From an uncultured Pseudomonadales bacterium (lineage in GTDB: Bacteria; Patescibacteriota; Microgenomatia; UBA1400; PJMF01), in NCBI GenBank assembly GCA_964412775.1, contig CAYPPX010000001.1:290699-354698 (forward strand): a stretch of DNA of 64,000 bases, given 5' to 3'. The notes below the pieces were generated by a model that saw only the letters and a list, made by a program, of their open reading frames with translations, was not told the DNA's origin and searched no databases. Below are positions 18,335 through 27,547 of the stretch, piece after piece. Numbering within the stretch: the stretch's first letter is position 1; the number at the start of each line of letters is the position of its first letter. Both the position numbers and the translations under genes were made by a program.

Positions 18335-19900
18335 ATGTCATTTTTTAATAACTTATCAAAGCTGTTTGGTGATCAGCCAGTTAAAGAGGCCAAACCAGTT
18401 CAGCCACCAGTAGTAAAACCAGGCAGATTAACCCTCAAACCCAAGGTTAAGGTGCAAAAACCTGTAGCCAAAATGGCTCCAGCTATTGATAACCAAGCTG
18501 CCGAACGAGAAGCTCAAGCTAAGGCTCGAGAAATTATTGTTGAGGCTAAAGACGAAGCTTTGGCTATTCGTACTGAAGCCGAGAAAAAAGCTCGTACCCT
18601 CGAGAAGCAACTCGAAGAACAACAACGTTTTTTGTCCACCAAGCTTGACCGACTAGATGATCGCTTATCTGGTTTGGAGAGAAAAGAAGAATATCTTGAA
18701 AAAGAAAAAGAGCGTTTAGCTAGTTTAAGACAAGAGATCGAGAAAACTAAAGACAAATTATTGGAGAGATTAGAAAAAATTTCCAAATTGTCTCAGGAAG
18801 AAGCTAAGAGATTATTGATGGATGGTCTTGAGAAAAAAATGACCAATGACATGGCCAAGTACATCAAAGAACAAGAAGAAGCCGCCAAGCAAGAAGCTGA
18901 TGAAAAAGCTGCTCAAATCTTAATTGATGCTATGAAGTATGGGGCTACTGATAATGTGGCTGAGTACACTGTGTCAGTCGTTAATATTCCATCAGAAGAA
19001 ATTAAAGGCAAAATTATTGGTAAGAGTGGCCGAAATATTCACTCTTTTGAACGTAGAACTGGGGTTGATGTTGATCTTGATGCCGCACCAAACGAAGTCA
19101 AGCTCTCTAGTTTTGACCCAGTGAGAAGAGAAATTGCTCGAATTTCTTTGGAGAGATTAGTTAAAGATGGTCGTATCCAACCGGCTAGAATCGAAGAAGT
19201 GGTCGATAAAGTCGAGAAAGAAATCGAAAAAACTGTTTTTGAAGCTGGTAAGCAACTATGTCACGCTGTCGGTGTTTACAATTTACCATCTGGTTTGATT
19301 GCCATGCTTGGTCGATTTAAATATAGATTTTCTTATGGTCAAAGTATGATTACTCATACCATTGAGGAAACCAAGATCGGTACCAAGATCGCTCATGAAC
19401 TTGGCCTAGATGTTAACATTGTTAAATTGGGTTGTTTACTGCACGATATTGGTAAAGTTGCTGAAGATCCAGATGATAACCACATTGCTTTGGGTGTTAG
19501 AATCGCCAAGAAATTTGGCATGCCACAGCCAGTAATTGATTGTATCGCTCAGCACCATGAGGATGAACCATTTTCTGGTCCAGAGCAAATGGCGGTGTAT
19601 GTCGCTGATGCTATCTCTGGTGCTAGACCTGGTGCTCGTTATGAAAACCATGAAGAGTACATCAAACGTCTTGAAGATCTTGAGGAGATTGCCACTTCTT
19701 ACCCAGAAGTTAAAAACGCCTATGCTGTGCAAGCTGGTCGTGAACTCAGAGTGTTGCTTGAACCAGAAAAATCCAAAGATGATGATGTAACAGTCTTGGC
19801 TGGTAAGATTCGTGACGAAGTTCAAGAAAAAGTCATGGTTCCTGGTAGTGTTAGAGTAACGGTTATTAGAGAAAATCGAGCAGAAGCAAAAACTAAATAA
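18335..19900 (+). CDS. rny: Ribonuclease Y.
   Basis: It has an N-terminal TM/coiled-coil region, a KH domain (IKGKIIGKSGRNIHSFERRTGVDVDLD) and an HD domain (LLHDIGK). The recA-rny linkage is also seen in Firmicutes. Confidence 0.85.
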   Translation: MSFFNNLSKLFGDQPVKEAKPVQPPVVKPGRLTLKPKVKVQKPVAKMAPAIDNQAAEREAQAKAREIIVEAKDEALAIRTEAEKKARTLEKQLEEQQRFLSTKLDRLDDRLSGLERKEEYLEKEKERLASLRQEIEKTKDKLLERLEKISKLSQEEAKRLLMDGLEKKMTNDMAKYIKEQEEAAKQEADEKAAQILIDAMKYGATDNVAEYTVSVVNIPSEEIKGKIIGKSGRNIHSFERRTGVDVDLDAAPNEVKLSSFDPVRREIARISLERLVKDGRIQPARIEEVVDKVEKEIEKTVFEAGKQLCHAVGVYNLPSGLIAMLGRFKYRFSYGQSMITHTIEETKIGTKIAHELGLDVNIVKLGCLLHDIGKVAEDPDDNHIALGVRIAKKFGMPQPVIDCIAQHHEDEPFSGPEQMAVYVADAISGARPGARYENHEEYIKRLEDLEEIATSYPEVKNAYAVQAGRELRVLLEPEKSKDDDVTVLAGKIRDEVQEKVMVPGSVRVTVIRENRAEAKTK

Positions 19901-19908
19901 AGGAAGAT

Positions 19909-20121
19909 ATGCAAAATGTTTTTTTAGTCTTACAGATTTTTTTGGCGGTGGTGATTACTGTTTTTATTTTGCTCCAAGCTCAAGGTAGTGGTTTAGGTTC
20001 TACCTGGGGAGGTGGTGGTGAAACTTTTCATACTAGAAGAGGTGTAGAAAAGCTAATTTTTACCTTAACCATTGTTGCGATTATCTTGTTTGCTGCCGTG
20101 TCGATTGCTTCTTTAATGTAA
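19909..20121 (+). CDS. secG: Preprotein translocase subunit SecG.
   Basis: It is 70 aa with two TM helices and the SecG-like LLQAQGSGLGSTWGGGGETFHTRRG Gly-rich segment. Confidence 0.65.
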   Translation: MQNVFLVLQIFLAVVITVFILLQAQGSGLGSTWGGGGETFHTRRGVEKLIFTLTIVAIILFAAVSIASLM

Positions 20122-20185
20122 AAACTGCTTGGCAAAGTGCTTGTTTCTGCCTAGAATAGGTTTATATGTTTATGAGGAAGACTAG

Positions 20186-21589
20186 ATGAGACGTTTTTAT
20201 TGGTATTTGACTGCCTACGCCAAGAAACATGGCTGGATTTTGGTTGGTTCATTGTTGGGGGCAATTACTATTTTTTCATTGTTAATTCCACTGATTGTTA
20301 ATCGGGTAACTTTCAAACCTAAACAATATATTGGAATGATTGGTAGTTTTACTCTCAACACTTTACCAGCAGATATTAAAAACCAATTGAGTGTGGGTTT
20401 GACTCAAGTTACTGAGACAAAAGAAGTCCAACCTTATCTTGCCCAACGTTGGGTGGTAGAAGATGATGGGAAACAGTACCGATTTGTGTTGAAAAAGGAT
20501 GTTTTTTGGCAGGATGGTAAAGAGGTTACTCCTGAGGATATTAACTATCAGTTTGTTGATGTTGAGGTAATTGCTACCCCAAATGACCTGGTTTTTAAAT
20601 TACCCGATTCATTTTCACCATTTCCCAGTGTCTTGGCAGAACCAGTTTTTCGGCAAGGAACAGAAAAGTATTTATGGTTCTTTTCCAGACCAACTTTAAT
20701 CGGGATTGGCCAAACTAGAATTGTCGATTACCAAAGGAAAGGCAATCGTTTAGAGGAACTTTCGATCGAAACTCCCACTGAAAAGTTAGTTTATCGTTTT
20801 TACTTGACAGAAACAGATCTGATTAATGCTTTTAAGAGAGGTGAAGTTGATATTGTTCCAGATTTATCTGAACCTGGAGATTTGCAGACTTGGCCTAATG
20901 TCGAGACGACCAAGCAACTCCAAACAGATCGTTATTTGGCAGTCTTTTTTAATAATTCAGATCCACTAATGACCAAAAATCTCCGTCAGGCTTTAGCTTA
21001 TGCTTTAGAGACGGTTAAAGATGGCACTCAAGCCAGAGGGCCAATTGACCCAGCTTCATGGGCTTATCTTGAAGGTGGTAAGAGTTATGATAAAGATTTA
21101 GATCGGGCTGTAGAGCGGTTGATTGATGATCCACCTCAACAACAACTGGAGTTGAACTTAACTACGACCCAGACTTTTGAGCGTGAAGCCGAAGCAATCA
21201 TTAAACAGTGGGTAGAACTGGGTAAAAAGGCGATTGAGGCTTGTCAGTCATCCAAAGATATTAAAGACAAAAATGTATGTGCTTTCTTGGAGATTAAAGT
21301 TAATTTGAAGGTTAGCAGTTTTCCCGATACGAATGATTTTCAATTACTCTTAATTGGTCAGGAATCCCCAGTTGATCCTGATCAATATTTTTTATGGCAT
21401 TCTGGGCAACCAACCAACTTTACCAGATATAAAAATACGAGAATTGATAGTTTATTGGAGAAAGCCAGAAAGACGATTGATCAAGAAGAACGTAAGGCTT
21501 TATACCAAGAATTTCAACAATTTTTACTAGAAGACCCTCCAGCAATTTTCTTGAGACATTTGTATAGTTACGAAGTGAAACGTAAATAG
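20186..21589 (+). CDS. Membrane-anchored solute-binding protein, family 5 (peptide/nickel SBP-like).
   Basis: An N-terminal TM anchor is followed by an SBP_bac_5-like region (KQYRFVLKKDVFWQDGKEVTPEDINYQF). No ABC permease or ATPase lies adjacent. Confidence 0.5.
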   Translation: MRRFYWYLTAYAKKHGWILVGSLLGAITIFSLLIPLIVNRVTFKPKQYIGMIGSFTLNTLPADIKNQLSVGLTQVTETKEVQPYLAQRWVVEDDGKQYRFVLKKDVFWQDGKEVTPEDINYQFVDVEVIATPNDLVFKLPDSFSPFPSVLAEPVFRQGTEKYLWFFSRPTLIGIGQTRIVDYQRKGNRLEELSIETPTEKLVYRFYLTETDLINAFKRGEVDIVPDLSEPGDLQTWPNVETTKQLQTDRYLAVFFNNSDPLMTKNLRQALAYALETVKDGTQARGPIDPASWAYLEGGKSYDKDLDRAVERLIDDPPQQQLELNLTTTQTFEREAEAIIKQWVELGKKAIEACQSSKDIKDKNVCAFLEIKVNLKVSSFPDTNDFQLLLIGQESPVDPDQYFLWHSGQPTNFTRYKNTRIDSLLEKARKTIDQEERKALYQEFQQFLLEDPPAIFLRHLYSYEVKRK

Positions 21590-21608
21590 ATTTTTTATCC
21601 TATAATAA

Positions 21609-21637
21609 TTGACTTTTTTGAGGTTGTTTGTTATAAT
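21609..21637 (+). promoter_or_regulatory. Consensus sigma70 promoter TTGACT-N17-TATAAT for the first island lipoprotein.
   Basis: It is an exact consensus with 17-nt spacing. The SD GGAGGA sits 4 nt before the GTG start at 21708. Confidence 0.45.
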
Positions 21638-21707
21638 TAAGGGCGTCCCTTGGATGGTGTGGTCACTGCGACCATGACATCTAATCTATAGGGACAATGG
21701 AGGAACT

Positions 21708-22166
21708 GTGAAAGGTTTCCCAAAACCAGTTGCCTTGGTTTTACTGGTTGCTCTCGTTTTTACCACTTCTGGCTGTGCCAATTGGTTCAAAAGCGAGGAA
21801 CAGCAGGCGTTTGATGCTTGCTATGTACAGGTAAAAAGTGAAGAGTCGGAGGAGTTTTTGGTAGAAAATCTGGTCGAGTTTTTGGACTCGCAACCCAGAG
21901 AAGAATGGCCACTGTACTGTCAAAAGTGGGCTTTGCTCGTCGAGAATGTTGAAATCGATGGACAAATTGCCAAACTTGAAGACAGGCAGGAAGTCAACCG
22001 AGCGGAGATTGAGCGCATCGATGACACAATCGCTGCACAAGCAAAGGCTGAAGAAAATGCCGCCAAAACGGCTACAGCCCAAGTCCTTACAGCTCAGGCT
22101 CCAACCACGACTCCAACTCTTACTCCAGACTTCAATGTACAACCATCGGCAACTCCAAGCCCGTAA
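21708..22166 (+). CDS. Lipoprotein of unknown function with elevated GC.
   Basis: The signal MKGFPKPVALVLLVALVFTTSG|C carries a lipobox. The gene is about 48% GC against about 33% in the surrounding sequence. Confidence 0.55.
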   Translation: MKGFPKPVALVLLVALVFTTSGCANWFKSEEQQAFDACYVQVKSEESEEFLVENLVEFLDSQPREEWPLYCQKWALLVENVEIDGQIAKLEDRQEVNRAEIERIDDTIAAQAKAEENAAKTATAQVLTAQAPTTTPTLTPDFNVQPSATPSP

Positions 22167-22171
22167 GGGCA

Positions 22172-22208
22172 AATCCCCGTTTGTGAAAACAGACGGGGAT
22201 TTTCTATT
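22172..22208 (+). terminator. Intrinsic terminator.
   Basis: ATCCCCGT-ttgtgaaaacag-ACGGGGAT is followed by TTTTCTATTATT. Confidence 0.6.
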
Positions 22209-22257
22209 ATTCTCGAGCTTTTGATAAAATATCTAGCTATCAATTAGTCCTATAACA

Positions 22258-22286
22258 TTGACAAATAAGATGTTTACTGCTATAAT
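22258..22286 (+). promoter_or_regulatory. Perfect consensus sigma70 promoter TTGACA-N17-TATAAT.
   Basis: TTGACA is at 22258-22263 and TATAAT at 22281-22286. Confidence 0.45.
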
Positions 22287-22292
22287 TTGACA

Positions 22293-22659
22293 CTATAAGT
22301 ATTAGTTAAAGGAACTTTTAACATAAAAAGATCCCTAGCTCAAAGTCTTACCAGGATTTTGAGCTGAGGAGCTTTAATTGCTAACCAAGCACTTCGCTTG
22401 GCTCAAGCGAACAAAACTTTTTCAGCACGGTAACTACATTAAGTAGTTGCTCTTTAAAACAGGTAGAGAAATAAAAAAACTTTCATTTTTTGTGGTTTAG
22501 TTTTCCAGGCTTACCCAAAGAGAAACTAAGTTTAGCTTGGTTTTTGCTTGGGTAAGCTGTAAGTTAGCCGAACCCAAAAGTGCCTGTGGATGATTGACGT
22601 TCCCACCCGCAAGGGTTACCACAGAACACTTCTCAAAAAATGAAAGGAGGAACGTAACA
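22293..22659 (+). promoter_or_regulatory. Highly structured 5' leader of about 370 nt. It is a candidate riboswitch, cis-regulatory RNA or sRNA.
   Basis: Several strong hairpins are visible. GCTCAAA...TTTGAGC is near 22335-22372. CCAAGC-ACTTCG-GCTTGG is near 22386-22403. An 11-bp stem GCTTACCCAAAG...CTTGGGTAAGC spans 22509-22557. CTGTGG...CCACAG (22584-22624) encloses ACCC-GCAA-GGGT with a GNRA tetraloop. The leader ends at the SD AAAGGAGG (22643-22650). Confidence 0.3.
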
Positions 22660-23253
22660 ATGAAGCGCGTATTTTTGTTCTTGGCGGCTGTGGCTCTTTT
22701 CCTGAATGCTTGCACTTTGACAGTGGGTGAAACAACCATCACCCTCTTCGAAGTCAGCACCACTGAAGAGTCCGCTCAGCCCGCCCAACCTGCCTCGGTC
22801 TCGGTTGATGATGGTTTCACCACCTCAGCAACCGACGTCGGGTTCACTCGCGATATGGTCGAAGCCAACAATCTGGTCAACCCGGAGTTGCATCACTCTG
22901 ATGACAACCCCGCGGGCGATGAGATGGGCTATCACGACATCGGTGTCAACGATGGTCAAATCGGCTTGGTCTTTGCTTACCACATTACGTGGGATGGCAC
23001 TGATTTGGGCGGAGGCGGCTGTGACATGACTGTACTGACCCCAGGTTGGTACGAGAATGTCGGCATCGAAGACGGACGTTTTGAAGTTTATGACGTCCCG
23101 AGCAGTGATTACCCCGGCTGGGTCGAAGTGCTGGTTGCTCAGCGCGTCGAAGAGCAGGCTGACCATTACGGTTGCCCGACCACGGACTCCCATGTCCGTC
23201 TCTTCATGAGCAAGCCGAGTGTCTGGAAGACCTTCTGGTCGTCCTGGCACTAA
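22660..23253 (+). CDS. Lipoprotein of unknown function encoded in the GC-rich island. The track ORF begins at 22594.
   Basis: The signal MKRVFLFLAAVALFLNA|C carries a lipobox. The gene is about 56% GC with a distinct codon usage. It is followed by the GC hairpin CCCCCCTCAAG-taag-CTTGAGGGGG (23277-23301). Confidence 0.55.
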   Translation: MKRVFLFLAAVALFLNACTLTVGETTITLFEVSTTEESAQPAQPASVSVDDGFTTSATDVGFTRDMVEANNLVNPELHHSDDNPAGDEMGYHDIGVNDGQIGLVFAYHITWDGTDLGGGGCDMTVLTPGWYENVGIEDGRFEVYDVPSSDYPGWVEVLVAQRVEEQADHYGCPTTDSHVRLFMSKPSVWKTFWSSWH

Positions 23254-23363
23254 GCCAATCATATCTACCTGTAATACCCCCCTCAAGTAAGCTTGAGGGG
23301 GAACTCTTAGCACATCTTAATTATTTTAGGTGTTTTAAGAGTTCCTCAAAAAAATTAAAAATT

Positions 23364-24251
23364 ATGAAAAAAACTAGAAAAATTAACCAACTGATCTCGA
23401 TAGTGATGCCTGTTTATAATGCAGAATTATATTTGGAGCAATCACTTAAGAGCATTTTAAATCAAACTCATAATGATTGGGAATTGATTGCTGTAGATGA
23501 TTGTTCAACTGATAAATCTTTTAAGATTCTCAATACTTTTGCTAAAAAAGATCAAAGAATTAAGGTTTTCCAAAATAAAAAACGCCTAGGTGTTTCAGGT
23601 ACGGCTAATTTTGCTTTAAGAAAGGCTAAATCTGGTCTAATTGCTAGAATGGATGCTGATGATATCATGCATCCTAAAAGATTAGAAAAACAACGTTTAT
23701 TTTTATTGGAAAATCCTGAAGTGGGCGTAGTGGGTACTCAATGTAAACTTATTGATAAGACTGGTAAGGGTATTGGTTTTAAGTATTTTCCGGTTAAACA
23801 TGAAGATATTTATAAAATGATTTTTCACTCAATTCCTATTCAACAACCAACAGCTATGTTTAACTTGAATGTTATTGATAAGCGTATTCTTATTTATGAT
23901 AAGAATAAAACTACTGCTGAAGAGGTAGAGGTCTTATTTCAGATTCTCACTGCTGTAAAGACAGCAAATTTACCTGAAGTTCTTTTATCATATAGATTGC
24001 ATGGTAAAAATACTTCTCTTGCTAATCCTAAGAAAACTTTTTATTCAACTTTTTTAACTAGGTTCAAAGCTATTTTTAAATTTGGTTATGTTCCTTCAGT
24101 AAGTGGAATAATGATTACGTTATTGCAACTAGTTTTTATTAGTGTTTTACCAGGCAAGTATATTACTGCTGTTTACTACTTCTTGAGAAATTTACTTAGT
24201 ATCGGAAATACTCCTATCAAGAACTTGGGCTTTTCTTCTATAATGCAATAA
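23364..24251 (+). CDS. Family 2 glycosyltransferase (GT-A fold).
   Basis: It has ISIVMPVYNAELYL...AVDDCSTDKS and a DxD-like motif (RMDADD). The track ORF at 23172 extends upstream. Confidence 0.75.
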   Translation: MKKTRKINQLISIVMPVYNAELYLEQSLKSILNQTHNDWELIAVDDCSTDKSFKILNTFAKKDQRIKVFQNKKRLGVSGTANFALRKAKSGLIARMDADDIMHPKRLEKQRLFLLENPEVGVVGTQCKLIDKTGKGIGFKYFPVKHEDIYKMIFHSIPIQQPTAMFNLNVIDKRILIYDKNKTTAEEVEVLFQILTAVKTANLPEVLLSYRLHGKNTSLANPKKTFYSTFLTRFKAIFKFGYVPSVSGIMITLLQLVFISVLPGKYITAVYYFLRNLLSIGNTPIKNLGFSSIMQ

Positions 24252-24252
24252 A

Positions 24253-27200
24253 GTGCAAAGGATTAAAGTTTTCTTTCGTGAGTTTTGGCCAACTTTTTTA
24301 TTAGGTCTTTTTTCTATTACTGTCTTTTTGCTTAATTACCGTTCAGGCACTTGGTTGCTTGGTTGGGATAATCTGGTTCCAGAATTTAATTTTGGGTTAA
24401 ATGTTCAAAGGTCATTTTTTGCGGCTTGGCAAGAATATCAGGGGTTGGGTTTAGCTGGTGGTATGGCTCATGGAGCCTCTTTATCCAGAGAGCTGATTTT
24501 GTGGCCGTTATCACTAATTATGCCAATGCAGTTGATGCGTTATTTTTGGACAATGTCGATGTTAGTAATTGGACCAATTGGTGTTTGGTTTTTAACCAGA
24601 TTTTTACTAAAACAGAAGCAAGCAGATTCTAATTATAGTGTAGCTGCTTTAGTGGCTGGATTTTTTTATTTTTTTAACTTGGCAACTCTCCAATATTTTT
24701 ATGTACCATTTGAAACTTTTTCTAGTTTCTATGGATTTTTACCATGGTTAATATTTTTTAGTTTGAGATTTTTACTTTCAAAAGAGAAAAAAACCACACT
24801 GCAATTGTTGCTGGTGTCTTTTCTAGCTACATCTGCTTTTCAAGTGCAAACTTTATTCGTGGTTTACCTACTGATTATGGTTATAATTTTACTAAATTAT
24901 GTTTTGACTGGAGGTAGTTGGGCAATTAAAAAATCAGTTCAATGGGCTTTGTTGACGTTAGTTGTCAATTTATTTTGGTTGATTCCTGTGGCTTATTTTA
25001 CCTTTTTTCATAGTGCTACTAACCTTGAAGCACAGCAGAACCAATTAGCCACACCAGAAGTAATTTTGATGAATCAAGAGTATGGTGACTGGTCTGATAT
25101 TTTATCTTTGAAAGGTTATTGGTTTGATTATTTAGATCGAAATAGTAATGGTGAACTTCAGTATTTATTAGAGCCATGGAGAAACTATTTAGCTGATAGT
25201 TCTTTGAATCTGATCATTGGTGGACTGATTTTGGCTAGTTTTTTGGGGAGTGTTATTTTTGTAGTTAAGTATCGAAAAACTAATTTTTCTTTGGTAATTT
25301 TATTAAATTTGGTGTTTATTTTCTTATTGCTGACTGCTGGTAGAGCAGAACTTGGTGGATTTTACCGGTTTTTAGAAGAACAAGTGCCTTTATTTTCGCA
25401 AATTTTTAGAACAACTTTTACCAAGTGGTCAGTGGCTTTTGTGCTCTTTATTTCTTTAGGATTAGCTAGTTTATTTAGTGTTATTTATGAGTTAATTAAC
25501 AAATTTTTAAAACCTATTTTTGTTGTTTTTGTCTTTGTTTTAGTTTTACTTCCAGTCATACCCTTTTTCAAAGGTCAACTAATTTATGATCAAATGAAAG
25601 TTAGTTATTCTGATGAGTATTTTGAGTTATTTGATTTTTTTGCTAATCAACCAAAACAAACACGGATTGCTTTGTTACCAGCAGAATCTGTTTTTGGTTG
25701 GGATTTTTTTGACTGGGGTTACCGAGGGAGTGGCTTTCTTTGGTATGGGTTAGAACAACCAGTTTTATCTAGGGCTTTCGATGTTTTTTCAAAGTCAGAT
25801 GAAAATTTTTATCACCAGTTTGCTTTTGCTTTGAGAACTGGTGAAGCCGAAAAAATAAATAAAGTTTTGGATGTTTATGATGTGAGTTATTTGCTTTATG
25901 ACAAAAGTGTTAGTTATAGCAACAATCTTGATTATGAAACTATTTTTAATAGTAATGATGATTTTGCCAAAGTATTTGAAAAAAATAATTTAGTTGTTTG
26001 GCAACGAATTCATGAAAACCTAAACTTTGTTAATCCTATCAATAATGCCCGTTTGGTTGATTATGACGGAGCTTTTCAGTTAAGAAATATTCATCCTGAT
26101 TTTAATCAGATGGTTTCTCTATCATCAACTAATAATTTTACTGTTCTCCCTTTTATTAACCATAGTAGTTTTAAGTTAAATAATTTTTTCAAATATGATG
26201 ACTATGTTTCTTTTAAAACAGGAATAAAACCGGGTGAATATAGTTTTAAAGTTCCAGCTTTTAAAAAAGGTGATAAGTTAATTGTTCTATCAAGAATGAA
26301 ACTTAATAATGGAGTGGTTGAGCTGAATTTTGCACCACTAGCTAGATTTAGAGTAGCCGATAAAGAGTTTATGTTGAGTAGTCTTGGTTCTTACAAGTTT
26401 GACTACTCTCCAGAAAAAGTAGACAAAATATTTATTGAAATAAATGATCAAAGCTTTATTTTAAACAACGATGAAGAATTAACTTTACCAATTTTTGACT
26501 TAGTTGTTGGTGAGCCTATTGATATTAATTTGAACGAAATTGTTAATGGTATTGAGGAAAGAGGTTTTCTATTGAAAAATGGTGGCGAATTGAGTTTTAA
26601 GATTGAAAGTTCTACTTGGGACCATTTATTAGCAGCAGTAACTTTTGATTTTTCCTTAGATAAAAATTCAGAATTGTTAGCCGATGTCCCTAGTTTTAAT
26701 ATTAATTTATTAAATTTAATCACTGATATTTCAGAAAATAGTAACTGTGACATTTTTCAAAGGGGTGGTGTTGATAAACAAGTTATTGCTAATAAACTTA
26801 GTTATAAAACAACTGAGTATGGAACTTATTGTGAAAGTTTAAAAATTGATGATATTGATACCAACTATGATTTTGTGGTTGAGCTTGCTGGAAAAAGTAT
26901 TAAGGGTAGACCACCCAAGTTTTTGATTACTAGTGCGACTGACAACTATGTTTATGGACAAGATTTGTTGGCAGAAAATGATTTTAAGAGTAGTTACTTA
27001 TTTTTAGCTCAACCATTTAATGAAGAAAAATACTTTATTAACTTAGAAATCAAATCTTTTGGTCAGGAGACTTCATCAGAATTTACTAAGTTAGACTTAA
27101 CATATTTTTCTTTACCAATAAATACTTTGAATAAAATAGAGTTAAAAACCAAAAATAATTACGATTTTGTTGGTGAAATGGTTATTAACAATACTCAGAA

Positions 27201-27516
27201 AATCGGCACAGGTTTTTATATGGTAGATCTGGAAGTTAAAACTAATGAGGGGCTGTTGAGTTTATCTCAAGCTTACGATGATTTTTGGTGGGCAGTTTCA
27301 TTCGAAAATAACTTAACAGTTTGGCCACATACTTTATATAAAGGTTGGGCTAATGCTTGGCTAGTACCTACTGGTAGTCACCAAGTTTATTTGATCTATT
27401 TACCCCAAGTTTTTATGACTTTTGGATTTTTATTATTACCAGTAATTTTTATTTTCATAATTTTTTCTAAAAACAAAAAAGCTGAAAATTTTGTAGAAAA
27501 TACAACTAAAAAATAA
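24253..27516 (+). CDS. Large polytopic membrane protein (1087 aa) with about 12 or more N-terminal TM helices and a C-terminal extracytoplasmic domain of about 600 aa. It is a possible GT-C/YfhO-like glycosyltransferase.
   Basis: It starts with GTG. The TM-rich first 450 aa and its position next to a GT2 suggest GT-C, but the family was not recognised with confidence. Confidence 0.5.
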   Translation: MQRIKVFFREFWPTFLLGLFSITVFLLNYRSGTWLLGWDNLVPEFNFGLNVQRSFFAAWQEYQGLGLAGGMAHGASLSRELILWPLSLIMPMQLMRYFWTMSMLVIGPIGVWFLTRFLLKQKQADSNYSVAALVAGFFYFFNLATLQYFYVPFETFSSFYGFLPWLIFFSLRFLLSKEKKTTLQLLLVSFLATSAFQVQTLFVVYLLIMVIILLNYVLTGGSWAIKKSVQWALLTLVVNLFWLIPVAYFTFFHSATNLEAQQNQLATPEVILMNQEYGDWSDILSLKGYWFDYLDRNSNGELQYLLEPWRNYLADSSLNLIIGGLILASFLGSVIFVVKYRKTNFSLVILLNLVFIFLLLTAGRAELGGFYRFLEEQVPLFSQIFRTTFTKWSVAFVLFISLGLASLFSVIYELINKFLKPIFVVFVFVLVLLPVIPFFKGQLIYDQMKVSYSDEYFELFDFFANQPKQTRIALLPAESVFGWDFFDWGYRGSGFLWYGLEQPVLSRAFDVFSKSDENFYHQFAFALRTGEAEKINKVLDVYDVSYLLYDKSVSYSNNLDYETIFNSNDDFAKVFEKNNLVVWQRIHENLNFVNPINNARLVDYDGAFQLRNIHPDFNQMVSLSSTNNFTVLPFINHSSFKLNNFFKYDDYVSFKTGIKPGEYSFKVPAFKKGDKLIVLSRMKLNNGVVELNFAPLARFRVADKEFMLSSLGSYKFDYSPEKVDKIFIEINDQSFILNNDEELTLPIFDLVVGEPIDINLNEIVNGIEERGFLLKNGGELSFKIESSTWDHLLAAVTFDFSLDKNSELLADVPSFNINLLNLITDISENSNCDIFQRGGVDKQVIANKLSYKTTEYGTYCESLKIDDIDTNYDFVVELAGKSIKGRPPKFLITSATDNYVYGQDLLAENDFKSSYLFLAQPFNEEKYFINLEIKSFGQETSSEFTKLDLTYFSLPINTLNKIELKTKNNYDFVGEMVINNTQKIGTGFYMVDLEVKTNEGLLSLSQAYDDFWWAVSFENNLTVWPHTLYKGWANAWLVPTGSHQVYLIYLPQVFMTFGFLLLPVIFIFIIFSKNKKAENFVENTTKK

Positions 27517-27547
27517 ACTGTCAGTTTAATCAGTTTTACTAAGAATT

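Noticed and set aside
4255-19825. Numerous short ORFs of 60-130 aa embedded antisense or out of frame in long confident genes. Examples are 4255..4485, 5452..5745, 9103..9285, 9896..10123, 11201..11434, 12918..13109, 13761..13970, 15642..15926, 15656..15916, 16180..16407, 16783..17082, 18428..18786, 18939..19124 and 19436..19825.
   Set aside because: Each is fully contained in a larger ORF with clear homology motifs. Their sequences are low-complexity and not protein-like, and they have no RBS.
21741-23313. Antisense or overlapping ORFs at 21741..22172 (-), 21946..22224 (+), 22497..22763 (-), 22727..23029 (+) and 22825..23313 (-).
   Set aside because: They all lie within the GC-rich island, where stops are rare. 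The sense-strand genes have SD sequences, lipoprotein signals and consensus promoters, and the others lack start contexts.
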